Shown here one piece after another: positions 17,452-26,989 of a stretch of 46,632 bases of DNA (position 1 is the stretch's first letter; each line of letters begins with the position of its first letter). The DNA comes from Clostridia bacterium (GTDB lineage Bacteria; Bacillota; Peptococcia; DRI-13; DTU073). Below the pieces are notes generated by a model, which worked only from the letters and a program-made list of their open reading frames with translations, made no database searches and was not told the DNA's origin. A program made the translations under genes and the position numbers. The stretch spans positions 1-46,632 of the forward strand of contig DUTS01000103.1 in assembly GCA_012841935.1 (NCBI GenBank), read 5' to 3'.

Positions 17452-19119
17452 ATGGTTATTGATTATCGACAGATGCTTTTTCTAGCTTTAGGTGGTTTGG
17501 CTTTTTTCCTTTTCGGTGTTAAATATATGTCTAATGCTCTGCAAAACGTGGCTGGGGATAGATTGCGTACCTTTTTGGAACAAGGTACTAAAACACCTCA
17601 GCGTGGTGTGCTTTTAGGGGCTTTGGTGACAGCGATTATTCAAAGCAGTTCGGCGACCACGGTTTTAACAGTAGGACTTGTCAACTCTGGACTTTTAACC
17701 CTGCATCAGGCCATTGGTGTAATTATGGGGGCTAATATCGGAACTACGGTGACTGCTTATTTGATTGGTTTTAAATTGGAACAATATGCTTTGCCAGTTT
17801 TAATTTTGGGTGTTTTTCTGTTGTTCTTTTTCAAGAATAGGAAAGTAATTAATTTGGGGCAGGTGCTTTTTGGGTTGGGTATGCTTTTTTACGGCATGCA
17901 GACTATGGGCCAGGGTTTTGCACCTTTACGTGATGCCGATTTTTTCCATAATTTGATGATTAGTGTAGAAAATAGGGCGATTTGGGGTGTTTTGGTAGGT
18001 ACTACTTTTACCGCGTTGGTGCAAAGTAGTAGTGCTACCATTGGTGTTTTGCAGGAATTAGCTTATCAAGGGGCATTAACCTATAATCAGGCAGTGCCCA
18101 TTTTGCTGGGTGATAATATTGGAACTACCATTACTGCACTTTTAGCTTCTATTGGTACTACCGTAGCGGCTCGTCGTACCGCAATTTCTCATTTTTTGTT
18201 TAATTTTTTGGGTACCCTAATTTTTTTACCTTTATTTTTATTAGGTATCTTCCCGGTAATGGTTCGTTTATTTACTAATTATATTTGTTTTTTATTACCC
18301 GGCTTTGGTGGTACATGGGAAATAATAAATGTAAAAATGCAGTTGGCACAAACACATGGAGTTTTTAATGTTTTAAATACATTAATACAGTTGCCCTTTG
18401 TGTCTGTTTTGGCAGCTATAGTGACACGTATAATTCCCGGTGAAGGGGTTTTGGCCAAATTTGAACCTGAATATTTAGAGCCGCGTTTATTGACAAATCC
18501 TTCTGTGGCCTTGGGACAAGTAGGGCGTGAGGTTGAGCGGATGGGTGATTTAGCTACAGAAGCATTGAAGCATACATCAGCTTATTTTTTTACCGGGGTG
18601 AAAGCCGAAGCAGAAAAAACTTTGCAGTTTGAAGAAATAATTAATAATTTACAAAGGAAAATCACTAATTATATTGTACGAATCTCTAAAGAAAAATTAT
18701 CTGATGAGGATAACCAACGTGCCTATATGTATCTACAGACCATTATTGATATTGAAAGAGTAGGAGATCATGCGGAAAACATTGTGGAGTTAACGGCTAC
18801 TCGGATTGAAAAAAACATTGTTTTTTCACAAAATGCCATTGATGATATTCAGGGTATGTTTAACAAGACTATTTCTTTATATGCTCAGGCGGTAGAATGT
18901 TTGGAAAATCGGGATCCGTGGTTGGCCCGGGAAATTATTAAAGGGGATGACTTGATTGACCAGATGGAAAAGGAGCTGCGTCGAGCACATATTGATCGAT
19001 TAAATGAAGGGGTTTGTAGTGGTGAGGCTGGTGCTATTTATTTAGATGTTTTAAGTAATTTGGAGCGGATTGGTGATCATGCGGTAAATATTGCTCAATA
19101 TGTTCTTGGAAGGCGGTAA
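17452..19119 (+). CDS. Na+/Pi cotransporter family protein with PhoU domains
   Basis: Twin QSSSAT repeats, GANIGTT/GDNIGTT, C-terminal ERVGDHA/ERIGDHA PhoU repeats. Confidence 0.92.
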   Translation: MVIDYRQMLFLALGGLAFFLFGVKYMSNALQNVAGDRLRTFLEQGTKTPQRGVLLGALVTAIIQSSSATTVLTVGLVNSGLLTLHQAIGVIMGANIGTTVTAYLIGFKLEQYALPVLILGVFLLFFFKNRKVINLGQVLFGLGMLFYGMQTMGQGFAPLRDADFFHNLMISVENRAIWGVLVGTTFTALVQSSSATIGVLQELAYQGALTYNQAVPILLGDNIGTTITALLASIGTTVAARRTAISHFLFNFLGTLIFLPLFLLGIFPVMVRLFTNYICFLLPGFGGTWEIINVKMQLAQTHGVFNVLNTLIQLPFVSVLAAIVTRIIPGEGVLAKFEPEYLEPRLLTNPSVALGQVGREVERMGDLATEALKHTSAYFFTGVKAEAEKTLQFEEIINNLQRKITNYIVRISKEKLSDEDNQRAYMYLQTIIDIERVGDHAENIVELTATRIEKNIVFSQNAIDDIQGMFNKTISLYAQAVECLENRDPWLAREIIKGDDLIDQMEKELRRAHIDRLNEGVCSGEAGAIYLDVLSNLERIGDHAVNIAQYVLGRR

Positions 19120-19297
19120 AGTGGGGATTTGTGGTATTATTTGGTTGTAGTGCCTAAAAGTACTTTGTGGATATTGTATTCATTTGAAAAAAATGTTGAA
19201 AAGACATGATTGCGGCGTTATAATAACATTGAAATAATATAAAAATTTTAATTTTGCTAAAAAAAGAAATAAAGCTTGTAATATAAGGTGGTTTGTT

Positions 19298-19843
19298 TTG
19301 ATGAATGTGAATACTAATCAAACTAGAATTAAGCAATACAAGCAATTATTTATTCCGCCGTTGGTTCTCTTTGTTTTTTGGTTGATTTTAACAGGTAGTT
19401 TTACTGCAAGTAGTTTAATAATGGGCTTTTTGGCGGCTGTGATTATTTCCTGGTTGTGTGCACCTCTTCTTAATTTTCCGGCAGTGCATACACCGGGGAA
19501 AAGTTATGCCGCTTTTGATTTGCCTTATTTTAAACTATTTTTTTATTTACTCTGGCTGCTTTGGGAAATTTTTAAGGCAGATGTACGAGTAGCTTTAATT
19601 GTTTTAAATCCCAAATTGCCGATTGATCCGTGTGTGGTTACTTTTAAAAAACGGGCAGATAACCCCATTGCACTTGCTTTATTAGCTAATTCAATAACCA
19701 TAACCCCGGGAACGGTTACTGTAGATATTAAAGATGATCTTTTTACGGTTCATGCTTTAACCAAAGATATGGCTTTATCTTTGGCACCAGAGGAAGGTGT
19801 GGGAGAAATGCCTCAACGTGTGGGGAATCTTTTTAAAGAATAA
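19298..19843 (+). CDS. mnhE: Mrp/Mnh antiporter subunit E
   Basis: FWLIL, LANSITITPGTVTVD, VHAL. Confidence 0.9.
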   Translation: MMNVNTNQTRIKQYKQLFIPPLVLFVFWLILTGSFTASSLIMGFLAAVIISWLCAPLLNFPAVHTPGKSYAAFDLPYFKLFFYLLWLLWEIFKADVRVALIVLNPKLPIDPCVVTFKKRADNPIALALLANSITITPGTVTVDIKDDLFTVHALTKDMALSLAPEEGVGEMPQRVGNLFKE

Positions 19844-19859
19844 AATGAGGTGAGAGTGA

Positions 19860-20138
19860 ATGAGCCCAGAACAGATCTTTCGAATTTTTTTGGGTATTGA
19901 ATTTCTTGTGGTTTTTCTAATGCTCTATCGAGTTTTAAAAGGACCTACAGTTTTTGATCGTTTAAATGGTTTGGCGGTTTTAGGTACTAATACTATTGTC
20001 ATTTTGTTATTATATGGTTTTTTGGAAAAACGCGTGAATATGTTTGTCGATATAGCCATTTCCTATGGTATTTTAGGGTTTGTAACTTTGGTTGTTCTGG
20101 CAAAATATTTTGAAGGAAAGGAAGATATTGAGTCATGA
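19860..20138 (+). CDS. mnhF: Mrp/Mnh antiporter subunit F
   Basis: YRVLKGPTVFDR, DIAISY..LGF. Confidence 0.9.
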   Translation: MSPEQIFRIFLGIEFLVVFLMLYRVLKGPTVFDRLNGLAVLGTNTIVILLLYGFLEKRVNMFVDIAISYGILGFVTLVVLAKYFEGKEDIES

Positions 20139-20434
20139 ATAAAATAGCCCTATTATTAATGTGTGGCGGTCTTTTTTTTCTAATTTCGGCTGCTGTGGGT
20201 GTCTTGCGTCTTCCCGATTTTTATACGCGTTTACATGCTACTGGTCAAGGTGATACTTTGGGTATAGCCCTATTTGTGTTAGGACTTGCGGTTTATCATG
20301 GTTTTAATTATGTTAGTTTAAAGTTATTGTTAATTGCGGTTGCTTTTTTTGTTGCCGGTCCGATTGGGGGACATGTTTTAACTAGGGCTGCTTATCATGC
20401 TGGTTTAAAACCCTGGACAAAAAAGGAGGAATAA
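20135..20434 (+). CDS. mnhG: Mrp/Mnh antiporter subunit G
   Basis: GVLRLPDFYTRLHA, P...H.L.RAAY. Confidence 0.9.
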   Translation: MNKIALLLMCGGLFFLISAAVGVLRLPDFYTRLHATGQGDTLGIALFVLGLAVYHGFNYVSLKLLLIAVAFFVAGPIGGHVLTRAAYHAGLKPWTKKEE

Positions 20435-20437
20435 ATA

Positions 20438-20683
20438 ATGCCGGGAGCCTTTTTTCTTACTATTTTAGTCTTATTAATGATTATAACTGGGGTGGCAGCT
20501 CTTTTTGCACGCGATTTATTAGTTTCTATTATTTTATTTAGTGCTTTTAGTTATTTTGCAGCCTTGACTTATTTGACTACTGGTGCACCTGATGTAGCTT
20601 TTACAGAAGCAGTGGTGGGTGTTGTTTCTACAACCTTTTTTATTGTAGCTCTTAAACAATTAAGAAGGGGGAGTTCGCGATGA
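20438..20683 (+). CDS. DUF4040/MbhD-like small subunit (equivalent to an MrpA C-terminal domain)
   Basis: APDVAFTEAVVG motif; three predicted TM helices. Confidence 0.85.
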   Translation: MPGAFFLTILVLLMIITGVAALFARDLLVSIILFSAFSYFAALTYLTTGAPDVAFTEAVVGVVSTTFFIVALKQLRRGSSR

Positions 20684-21432
20684 AATTTATGCGTGTATTC
20701 GCCTTTGTGATTGTTTTATCTATGCTGGGTTTTTTGTTTTTGAATGTCAGTGGTTTACCCACACTTTATGATCCACAGGCCCCGGCTTCTCTACATGTTT
20801 CTGATCGTTATATTGAAAAAGCTTTAGAGGAAACCGGCACTTTAAATTATGTGGCAGCTGTGTTGGCTGATTATCGGGGTTTTGATACTTTAGGGGAAAC
20901 AACGGTAATTTTTACGGCCGGGTTGGCGGCAGTGACACTTTTGCGTTCGGCTCAAAAAAGGCAAAAAGGTTTTTTGCCTTTGACAGAAACGAGTATGGAT
21001 GAGCAATTTGGTACCGTGGCTTTAGATCTTGGGGCACGTTATTTGCTATTTTTGATCGCTCTTTTTGGATTTTATGTTTTTATTGGAGGTGCGGAAGGTA
21101 ATCCGGGAGGCGGCTTCCAGGGAGGTGCGGTTTTAGCTATTTCCGTTGTAATCAGTCGTATTATTTATGGTGAAAAAGCGTCTTTTAATATTATGGGGGA
21201 TTTAGCTTTAATTTTAGCTGGAATGGGAACCTTCATTTATGCCTTAATTGGGATTTTAACCTTATTATGGGGAGGCAATTTTTTAGAATATGGGGTATTT
21301 CCTTTAATGATACCTGCTGCCGAAAAGCATGCTTGGGGTATAGACGGTATTGGAGTAGGTGTAACTTTGTGTGTGATGGCAACGATTATTGCTATCTTGG
21401 ATGCTTTGGCTAGAAGGGAAGGGATCGAATGA
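20680..21432 (+). CDS. mnhB: Mrp/Mnh subunit B with N-terminal MbhE-like domain
   Basis: N.VAAVLADYRGFDTLGE and PGGGFQGG motifs. Confidence 0.88.
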   Translation: MKFMRVFAFVIVLSMLGFLFLNVSGLPTLYDPQAPASLHVSDRYIEKALEETGTLNYVAAVLADYRGFDTLGETTVIFTAGLAAVTLLRSAQKRQKGFLPLTETSMDEQFGTVALDLGARYLLFLIALFGFYVFIGGAEGNPGGGFQGGAVLAISVVISRIIYGEKASFNIMGDLALILAGMGTFIYALIGILTLLWGGNFLEYGVFPLMIPAAEKHAWGIDGIGVGVTLCVMATIIAILDALARREGIE

Positions 21433-21794
21433 GCAGCTTTCTGACGGAATATTTAATTTATTGGTTAATCTTATTTTTGTTTATGTTAGGACCATATGGC
21501 TTAATCTTTAAGAAAAATTTGGTGAAAAAATTAATGGCCATGAATATTATGCAGGTGGCCGTGATTTTGTTTTTTTTAGTTTTGGGCCTAAAGGTTGGTG
21601 GTACGGTGCCTATTGAACTACCTGGTTTGACAGGTGCCGCTCATTATATTAACCCTTTACCTCATACCTTGATGTTAACTGCGATTGTGGTTAGTTTGGC
21701 TACTTTGGGTGTTTCTTTGGGTTTGTTATTAATCATTCAGCGGAATTATGGTACTTTAGAAGAAGATGAGGTGCTGCGGAGGATGAAGCGATGA
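21429..21794 (+). CDS. mnhC: Mrp/Mnh antiporter subunit C
   Basis: NLVKKLM, NPLPHTLMLTAIVV. Confidence 0.9.
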   Translation: MSSFLTEYLIYWLILFLFMLGPYGLIFKKNLVKKLMAMNIMQVAVILFFLVLGLKVGGTVPIELPGLTGAAHYINPLPHTLMLTAIVVSLATLGVSLGLLLIIQRNYGTLEEDEVLRRMKR

Positions 21795-23266
21795 GAGAGC
21801 AATTACCAGCTTTAATAGTAATTACACCTCTAGTGGTGGCTTTATTATCACCATTATTAGCCTATTTTTCGCGCAAATTGCTGCGGGGTTTTTCTTTGCT
21901 TGCTTTGGCGGTTTCTTTCTTTAGTGCTGTAGGAGTATTAAAGCAAGTTTTGGAAACAGGTCCTTGGCACTATGCCTTTGGTAATTGGGCCCCACCTTGG
22001 GGAATTGAATACGTAATTGATCCTCTTTCTGGTTTTTTGGCGACTTTGATTGCCACACTAAGTTTTTGGGTACTGGTCTATGCTGCGGAATTTTTTAAAG
22101 CCGAAAAATGGTATAAAGAGGGAGGCGGTTATGGCCTTCATTTATTGGCTACTGCTGGACTTTTAGGGATGTCGGTATCTGGAGACGTTTTTAATTTATA
22201 TGTCTTTTTTGAAATATCTTCTTTAGCTACTTATGGTTTGATTGCTTTAGGGGGACGGCAGGCCGTAGTGGCGGCTTTTAAATATTTGGTATTAGGTACC
22301 ATGGGTATCTCCTTTTATTTACTAGGAGTAGGCTATTTATATGCTCTTACTGGTACTTTAAATATGCAGGATTTAGCGGTAAGAATCCAACCTGTTTTAA
22401 ACTCATCTGGAGTAATGATTGCCCTAGCGTTAATGACTATTGGTTTACTTTTGAAAATGGCCCAATTCCCTTTACATGGCTGGCTGCCTGATGCACATAC
22501 TTTTGCACCTGCACCTTTATCGGCTTTAATGTCGGGTATTGTGATTAAGGCTCCTGCTTATGTCTTATTTAGAATTTATTTTGGAATTATCGGTAGTGGT
22601 GCACAGGCAGTATCCAAACTATTAATGATTTTGGGAATTATAGCGGCTTTAGGTATGATTGCCGGTTCTTTGATGGCTATTGCCCAGTCAGAATTAAAAC
22701 GCATGTTAGCTTATTCTAGTGTGGCTCAAATAGGTTATGTGGTTTTGGGGATTTCTTTAGGTAATAGTTATGGTTTTATTGGGGCCTTATTGCATATGGT
22801 TAATCATGCCTTTATGAAGGGTTGTCTCTTTTTTGTGGCTGGTGCCTTTATTTATAAAACTGGGGAATATTCACTAGATAAATTGAAAGGCATGTATAAA
22901 CAAATGCCTTTAGCAATGGGTTCTTTTAGTTTGGCTGCTTTTTCGATGATTGGTATCCCGCCTTTAGCTGGTTTTTTTAGTAAGTGGTATTTGGCTTTAG
23001 GTGCTATTAAGGCTAATTTGTGGCCATATGTGCTGGTGATTATCATCAGCAGTTTATTAAACCTGATTTACTTTTTCCGGGTTATAGAAAATGTTTATAT
23101 GTCAGGTGAAGGGGCTGTGGTGAAAAGAAGTAAGGGGTTGGAATTACCTTTAAGTATGCTTATTCCTATAGTGGTGTTGGGTGTTGGTGTTTTGGTTTTA
23201 GGTTTAACCAATGAACAAATTGTTACACGGGTTCTACAAAATGCCCTTTTAGGGGGTGGATTTTAA
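21791..23266 (+). CDS. mnhD: Mrp/Mnh subunit D (antiporter-like, first copy)
   Basis: GDVFNLYVFFEI, KMAQFPLHGWLPDAH, KRMLAYSS, GFFSKW. Confidence 0.88.
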   Translation: MREQLPALIVITPLVVALLSPLLAYFSRKLLRGFSLLALAVSFFSAVGVLKQVLETGPWHYAFGNWAPPWGIEYVIDPLSGFLATLIATLSFWVLVYAAEFFKAEKWYKEGGGYGLHLLATAGLLGMSVSGDVFNLYVFFEISSLATYGLIALGGRQAVVAAFKYLVLGTMGISFYLLGVGYLYALTGTLNMQDLAVRIQPVLNSSGVMIALALMTIGLLLKMAQFPLHGWLPDAHTFAPAPLSALMSGIVIKAPAYVLFRIYFGIIGSGAQAVSKLLMILGIIAALGMIAGSLMAIAQSELKRMLAYSSVAQIGYVVLGISLGNSYGFIGALLHMVNHAFMKGCLFFVAGAFIYKTGEYSLDKLKGMYKQMPLAMGSFSLAAFSMIGIPPLAGFFSKWYLALGAIKANLWPYVLVIIISSLLNLIYFFRVIENVYMSGEGAVVKRSKGLELPLSMLIPIVVLGVGVLVLGLTNEQIVTRVLQNALLGGGF

Positions 23267-24783
23267 TGGCGGCGGAAATACTTTTTGATTATCGACCTTT
23301 AGCAGCGGTTTTAGTTTCTTTGGTTGCGGCCTTGCTGATTCTGCTCACTAGTAAAAGGCCTAATTTGCGTGAGTTTTGGACTTTTTCCGCGGCTTTTGGT
23401 AAAGCGTTAATTGTCTTTTCGATGCTGCCAGCGGTTTTAGCTGGTCAGATTTTGGAAATAGCTCCTTTTAAAATAGCTCAAGGGGTGAGCTTACATTTGC
23501 GTGCTGATCCCGCGGCAATGGTATTTGCGGTTTTAGCGGCATTTTTATGGATTGCTACTTCCTTTTATTCGGTCGGTTATCTGCGGAAATTAAAGGAGGA
23601 ACATCAAACCGGCTATTTTGCTAGTTTTGCGGTCTGTTTATCAGCTACCATGGGGATTGCTTTTGCAGCTAATTTATTAACCTTTTTCATTTTTTATGAA
23701 ATATTGACCATTGCTACTTATCCTTTGGTAGCTCATCATCGTGATCAGGAGGCCATCAAGGCTGGCCGAAAATATTTAGTTTATACCATGTTAGCTGGTC
23801 AAGTATTTTTAATTGGTATTCTCTGGGCTTATTTTCTGGCAGGTCATGGTGATTTTCAACCAGGTGGTTTTTTAGCCGGAAAAACAAGTAGTGTTAATTT
23901 ACAAATCATTTTTTGGCTGATGATTTTGGGTACTGCTGTTAAAGCAGGGGTAATGCCTTTTCACGGCTGGCTGCCTTCGGCGATGGTGGCTCCTACACCT
24001 GTAAGTGCTCTTTTACATGCTGTGGCGGTGGTTAAAGCCGGAGTGTTTGGTATCGTACGGATTGTGGGTTATGTTTTTGGTCCTTTAATTTTAAGTTCTT
24101 TAGGAGCAGCACAAATATTGACGTGGTTAGCGGCATTAACCATTATTGTTTCTTCCCTAATTGCTTTAGCTCAAGATAATTTAAAAAGAAGATTGGCTTT
24201 TTCCACTATTGGTCAGTTATCCTATGTTGTTTTAGGGGCTGCAGTATTAACTCCTTTAGGTTTGTTAGGCGGACTTTATCATATTGCAGCTCATGCTGTG
24301 ATGAAAATTACTTTATTCTTTTGTGCTGGGGCTATTTTTGCCACCACTGGTTTAACTAATGTTAGTCAGTTAAATGGTTTAGGCAGGGCAATGCCTTATA
24401 CCATGGGGGCCTTTGCCATTGGTTCCATAGGTATAACCGGAATGCCTTTCTGGGTAGGCTTTATTAGCAAATGGAATTTGGCTTTGGGTGCTCTGCAGCA
24501 GGGGCAAATGCTTTATGTGTTTGTGCTTTTAATTAGTGGTTTATTGAGTACAGCCTATTTTCTACCGATAGTTTATGCCGCTTTTTTTAAAAAGCCTACT
24601 CTTGAAATAGCTAGACAGCACCGGGGAGAGGCGGAAAAAATGATGTTATTGCCTTTGCTTTTTACAGCAGTGATTTCGTTAGTTTGGGGTATTTTCCCCA
24701 ATGCCGGTTGCGGTCTTTATGATTTGGCGGTGATGTCGGCACAAAGTATTTTTGCTGGTCAATTTCTAGGAGGCGGGTGGTAA
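23266..24783 (+). CDS. Antiporter-like subunit, MrpA/NuoL-type core (second large subunit)
   Basis: IFYEILT, KAGVMPFHGWLPSAMVAPTPVSALLHAVAVVKAG, LKRRLAFST. Confidence 0.85.
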   Translation: MAAEILFDYRPLAAVLVSLVAALLILLTSKRPNLREFWTFSAAFGKALIVFSMLPAVLAGQILEIAPFKIAQGVSLHLRADPAAMVFAVLAAFLWIATSFYSVGYLRKLKEEHQTGYFASFAVCLSATMGIAFAANLLTFFIFYEILTIATYPLVAHHRDQEAIKAGRKYLVYTMLAGQVFLIGILWAYFLAGHGDFQPGGFLAGKTSSVNLQIIFWLMILGTAVKAGVMPFHGWLPSAMVAPTPVSALLHAVAVVKAGVFGIVRIVGYVFGPLILSSLGAAQILTWLAALTIIVSSLIALAQDNLKRRLAFSTIGQLSYVVLGAAVLTPLGLLGGLYHIAAHAVMKITLFFCAGAIFATTGLTNVSQLNGLGRAMPYTMGAFAIGSIGITGMPFWVGFISKWNLALGALQQGQMLYVFVLLISGLLSTAYFLPIVYAAFFKKPTLEIARQHRGEAEKMMLLPLLFTAVISLVWGIFPNAGCGLYDLAVMSAQSIFAGQFLGGGW

Positions 24784-24784
24784 A

Positions 24785-25027
24785 GTGTCTATCAAAAAAA
24801 CCGTAATCAAAGGCATTTTTGTTTTTCTTTTATTACTCGTTCTGGAAATTTCCTTTGTTGAACACCATGTTATTTATTGGTGGCATGCTCTTGTTGGTTT
24901 CGATTTTCTTTTCGGTTTATTAGGTGCAGTGCTGTTGATTTTTTTGGCTAAAGGTTTTTTGAATAAATTAGTGATGCGCAATGAAGACTATTATCAGCCC
25001 AAAGGGGGTGAGGATGGCCATGTTTGA
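24785..25027 (+). CDS. Small 2-TM membrane protein of the Mrp operon
   Basis: Tightly packed between large subunits; two hydrophobic segments, C-terminal MRNEDYY. Confidence 0.75.
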   Translation: MSIKKTVIKGIFVFLLLLVLEISFVEHHVIYWWHALVGFDFLFGLLGAVLLIFLAKGFLNKLVMRNEDYYQPKGGEDGHV

Positions 25028-26738
25028 GTTTCATCCTGGTTTTATTCTAATTCTGGGTGGTTTGTCTTTGCTGCTTTTGCCGCGTCGTTTACAAAAATTT
25101 CTAATGCTTTTCTTCCCTTTATTGGCTATTGGGGCTACCTTTGGTTTAGCAGCAGGCCAGATTTGGTCTATTCCCTTCATTAATCAATTGGAATTAATAG
25201 TTTTAAAAGTGGATCGTTTAGCGTTGTTATTCTCTTTTGTTTTTACGGTATTGACTTTTTTGGCTAGTATTTTCGCTCTACACGTAAAAAGACCTGGAGA
25301 AATGGCTGCTGCTTTTTTATATGCTGGTAGCTCATTGGGAGTAGTTTTTGCCGGGGATTGGCTAACCTTAATTTTCTTTTGGGAGATGATGGCTCTAGCT
25401 TCCGTTTTTCTTATTTGGTACCGCCGCCGTCCTGAATCCTGGCGTGCTGGTTTTCGTTATTTATTGGTTCACTTATTAGGTGGCAGTCTCCTTTTGGCAG
25501 GTATTTTTCTACAAGTGGGCAAGGGGCAATTTACGGTAAGTACCTTGACTGGGATAGGTGGTTGGGGTCCCTGGTTAATTTTAGCCGGGATAGCCATTAA
25601 TGCTGCTATTCCACCTCTACATGTTTGGTTGACAGATGCTTATCCCGAAGCTACATTGACTGGTAGTGTTTTCCTCTGTGCTTTGACTACTAAAACGGCG
25701 GTATATGCTTTGGTGCGCATTTTTCCAGGTGAATCTTTATTGATCTGGTTAGGTGTAATTATGGCAATTTATGGTGTCCTTTATGCTATTTTGGAAAATA
25801 ATATTAGGAGACTCTTAGCTTATCATATAGTAAGTCAGATCGGTTTTATGGTTGCTGGTATTGGTATCGGTACTGAATTCGCTTTAAATGGAGCCACTGC
25901 TCATGCCTATTCACATATTCTTTATAAAGCACTATTGTTTATGGGGGCAGCGGCAGTTATTTATGCTACTGGTAATGAAAAATTAACTTCTTTAGGGGGC
26001 CTTTATCGTAAAATGCCTTTAACAGCTTTCTTTTTTAGCATTGGTGCCTTTTCTATTTCTGGTGTCCCCTTATTTAATGGTTTTATTAGTAAATCCATTA
26101 TTGTTAGTGCTGCTTCGATGGAGGGGCTGCCGTGTGTGGAACTTCTTTTGAATTTGGCAAGTGTGGGGACTTTTCTTTCTATTGCTTTAAAACTTAATTA
26201 TTTTATGTTTTTTGGTCCGGCTCGTACAGTAAGGGTTAATAAAATTCCGGGAAATATGATGTTAGGGATGGCGGGCTTAGCCGCTTTATGCTTCCTTTAT
26301 GGAGTTTTCCCGCAATTATTGTATAGAAGGCTGCCTTTCCCTTTAGATTATGCACCTTATTCACTTAGTCATCTTGTTTCTACATTACAACTACTTTTAG
26401 CGGTATTTTTAGTTTTTTGGGTAATGCGTCCGCGTTTGCTGCCCAGCAAAGCAATAGCCTTAGACTTTGACTGGTTTTATCGCCGACCTTTTAAAGTTTT
26501 AATTTGGGGTTTGGTAAAGGCTATTGTTGGATTCCAAAATAGTTTTGGTGTTCAAGGTACGAAAGTTCTTACCAAAATAATTCCCTTTTTCTATAATCCG
26601 GTACGTTGGCTGCCTCGTACTACAGATAGTCCACCTCTGGCAGTTTATGATAGTGCACAATATCGTTTGCCGATAGGTGCAACCGCTTTTTTAGGTGTAT
26701 TTATCTTTGTAGTAGTTTTTTCCATTATTGGTTTGTAG
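25014..26738 (+). CDS. Antiporter-like subunit D-type, third large subunit with C-terminal extension
   Basis: IFFWEMM, PPLHVWLTDAYPEA, IRRLLAYH, GFISKS, LDFDWFYR; start adjusted to ATG 25014 (25020 also possible). Confidence 0.85.
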   Translation: MAMFEFHPGFILILGGLSLLLLPRRLQKFLMLFFPLLAIGATFGLAAGQIWSIPFINQLELIVLKVDRLALLFSFVFTVLTFLASIFALHVKRPGEMAAAFLYAGSSLGVVFAGDWLTLIFFWEMMALASVFLIWYRRRPESWRAGFRYLLVHLLGGSLLLAGIFLQVGKGQFTVSTLTGIGGWGPWLILAGIAINAAIPPLHVWLTDAYPEATLTGSVFLCALTTKTAVYALVRIFPGESLLIWLGVIMAIYGVLYAILENNIRRLLAYHIVSQIGFMVAGIGIGTEFALNGATAHAYSHILYKALLFMGAAAVIYATGNEKLTSLGGLYRKMPLTAFFFSIGAFSISGVPLFNGFISKSIIVSAASMEGLPCVELLLNLASVGTFLSIALKLNYFMFFGPARTVRVNKIPGNMMLGMAGLAALCFLYGVFPQLLYRRLPFPLDYAPYSLSHLVSTLQLLLAVFLVFWVMRPRLLPSKAIALDFDWFYRRPFKVLIWGLVKAIVGFQNSFGVQGTKVLTKIIPFFYNPVRWLPRTTDSPPLAVYDSAQYRLPIGATAFLGVFIFVVVFSIIGL

Positions 26739-26758
26739 GTTTTGGTAGGAAGCAGATA

Positions 26759-26797
26759 AAAAGGCCACTTTAAATTGTAATTAAGAAGTGGCCTTTT
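26759..26797 (+). terminator. Intrinsic terminator after Mrp operon
   Basis: AAAAGGCCACTT / AAGTGGCCTTTT. Confidence 0.75.
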
Positions 26798-26873
26798 ATT
26801 ATCCCAGATTTGCTTTGCAAAGTAGGGTTTCTGGTATATAATATACAAGGTAAAACTTGGAGGTGATTAATAA

Positions 26874-26927
26874 ATGGATAGTATACCTAGGCGAAAGTTT
26901 AGGGGCGAAATGGGGATAACTTATTAG
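26874..26927 (+). CDS. Putative 17-aa leader peptide of mgtE (MDSIPRRKFRGEMGITY)
   Basis: GGAGGTG RBS at 26859-26865, ATG 26874, TAG 26925-26927; lies downstream of TTGCAA-16-TATAAT (26815-26842). Confidence 0.45.
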   Translation: MDSIPRRKFRGEMGITY

Positions 26928-26989
26928 GGGGGTCTTGTGAAATTCCGCAGGCCTCCTGGATTAATAATGGAAAAAAGGGAGGGATAGTT

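Noticed and set aside
19298..26738. Membrane-bound hydrogenase or complex I operon
   Set aside because: No NiFe large/small subunit, NuoH or Fe-S subunit genes are present, and the operon ends at a terminator.
26940..26970. M-box (ykoK) riboswitch, suggested by AGGCCTCCT similarity
   Set aside because: The motif is at the 3' end of the leader with no room for the ~150-nt aptamer, and other M-box elements were not recognised.
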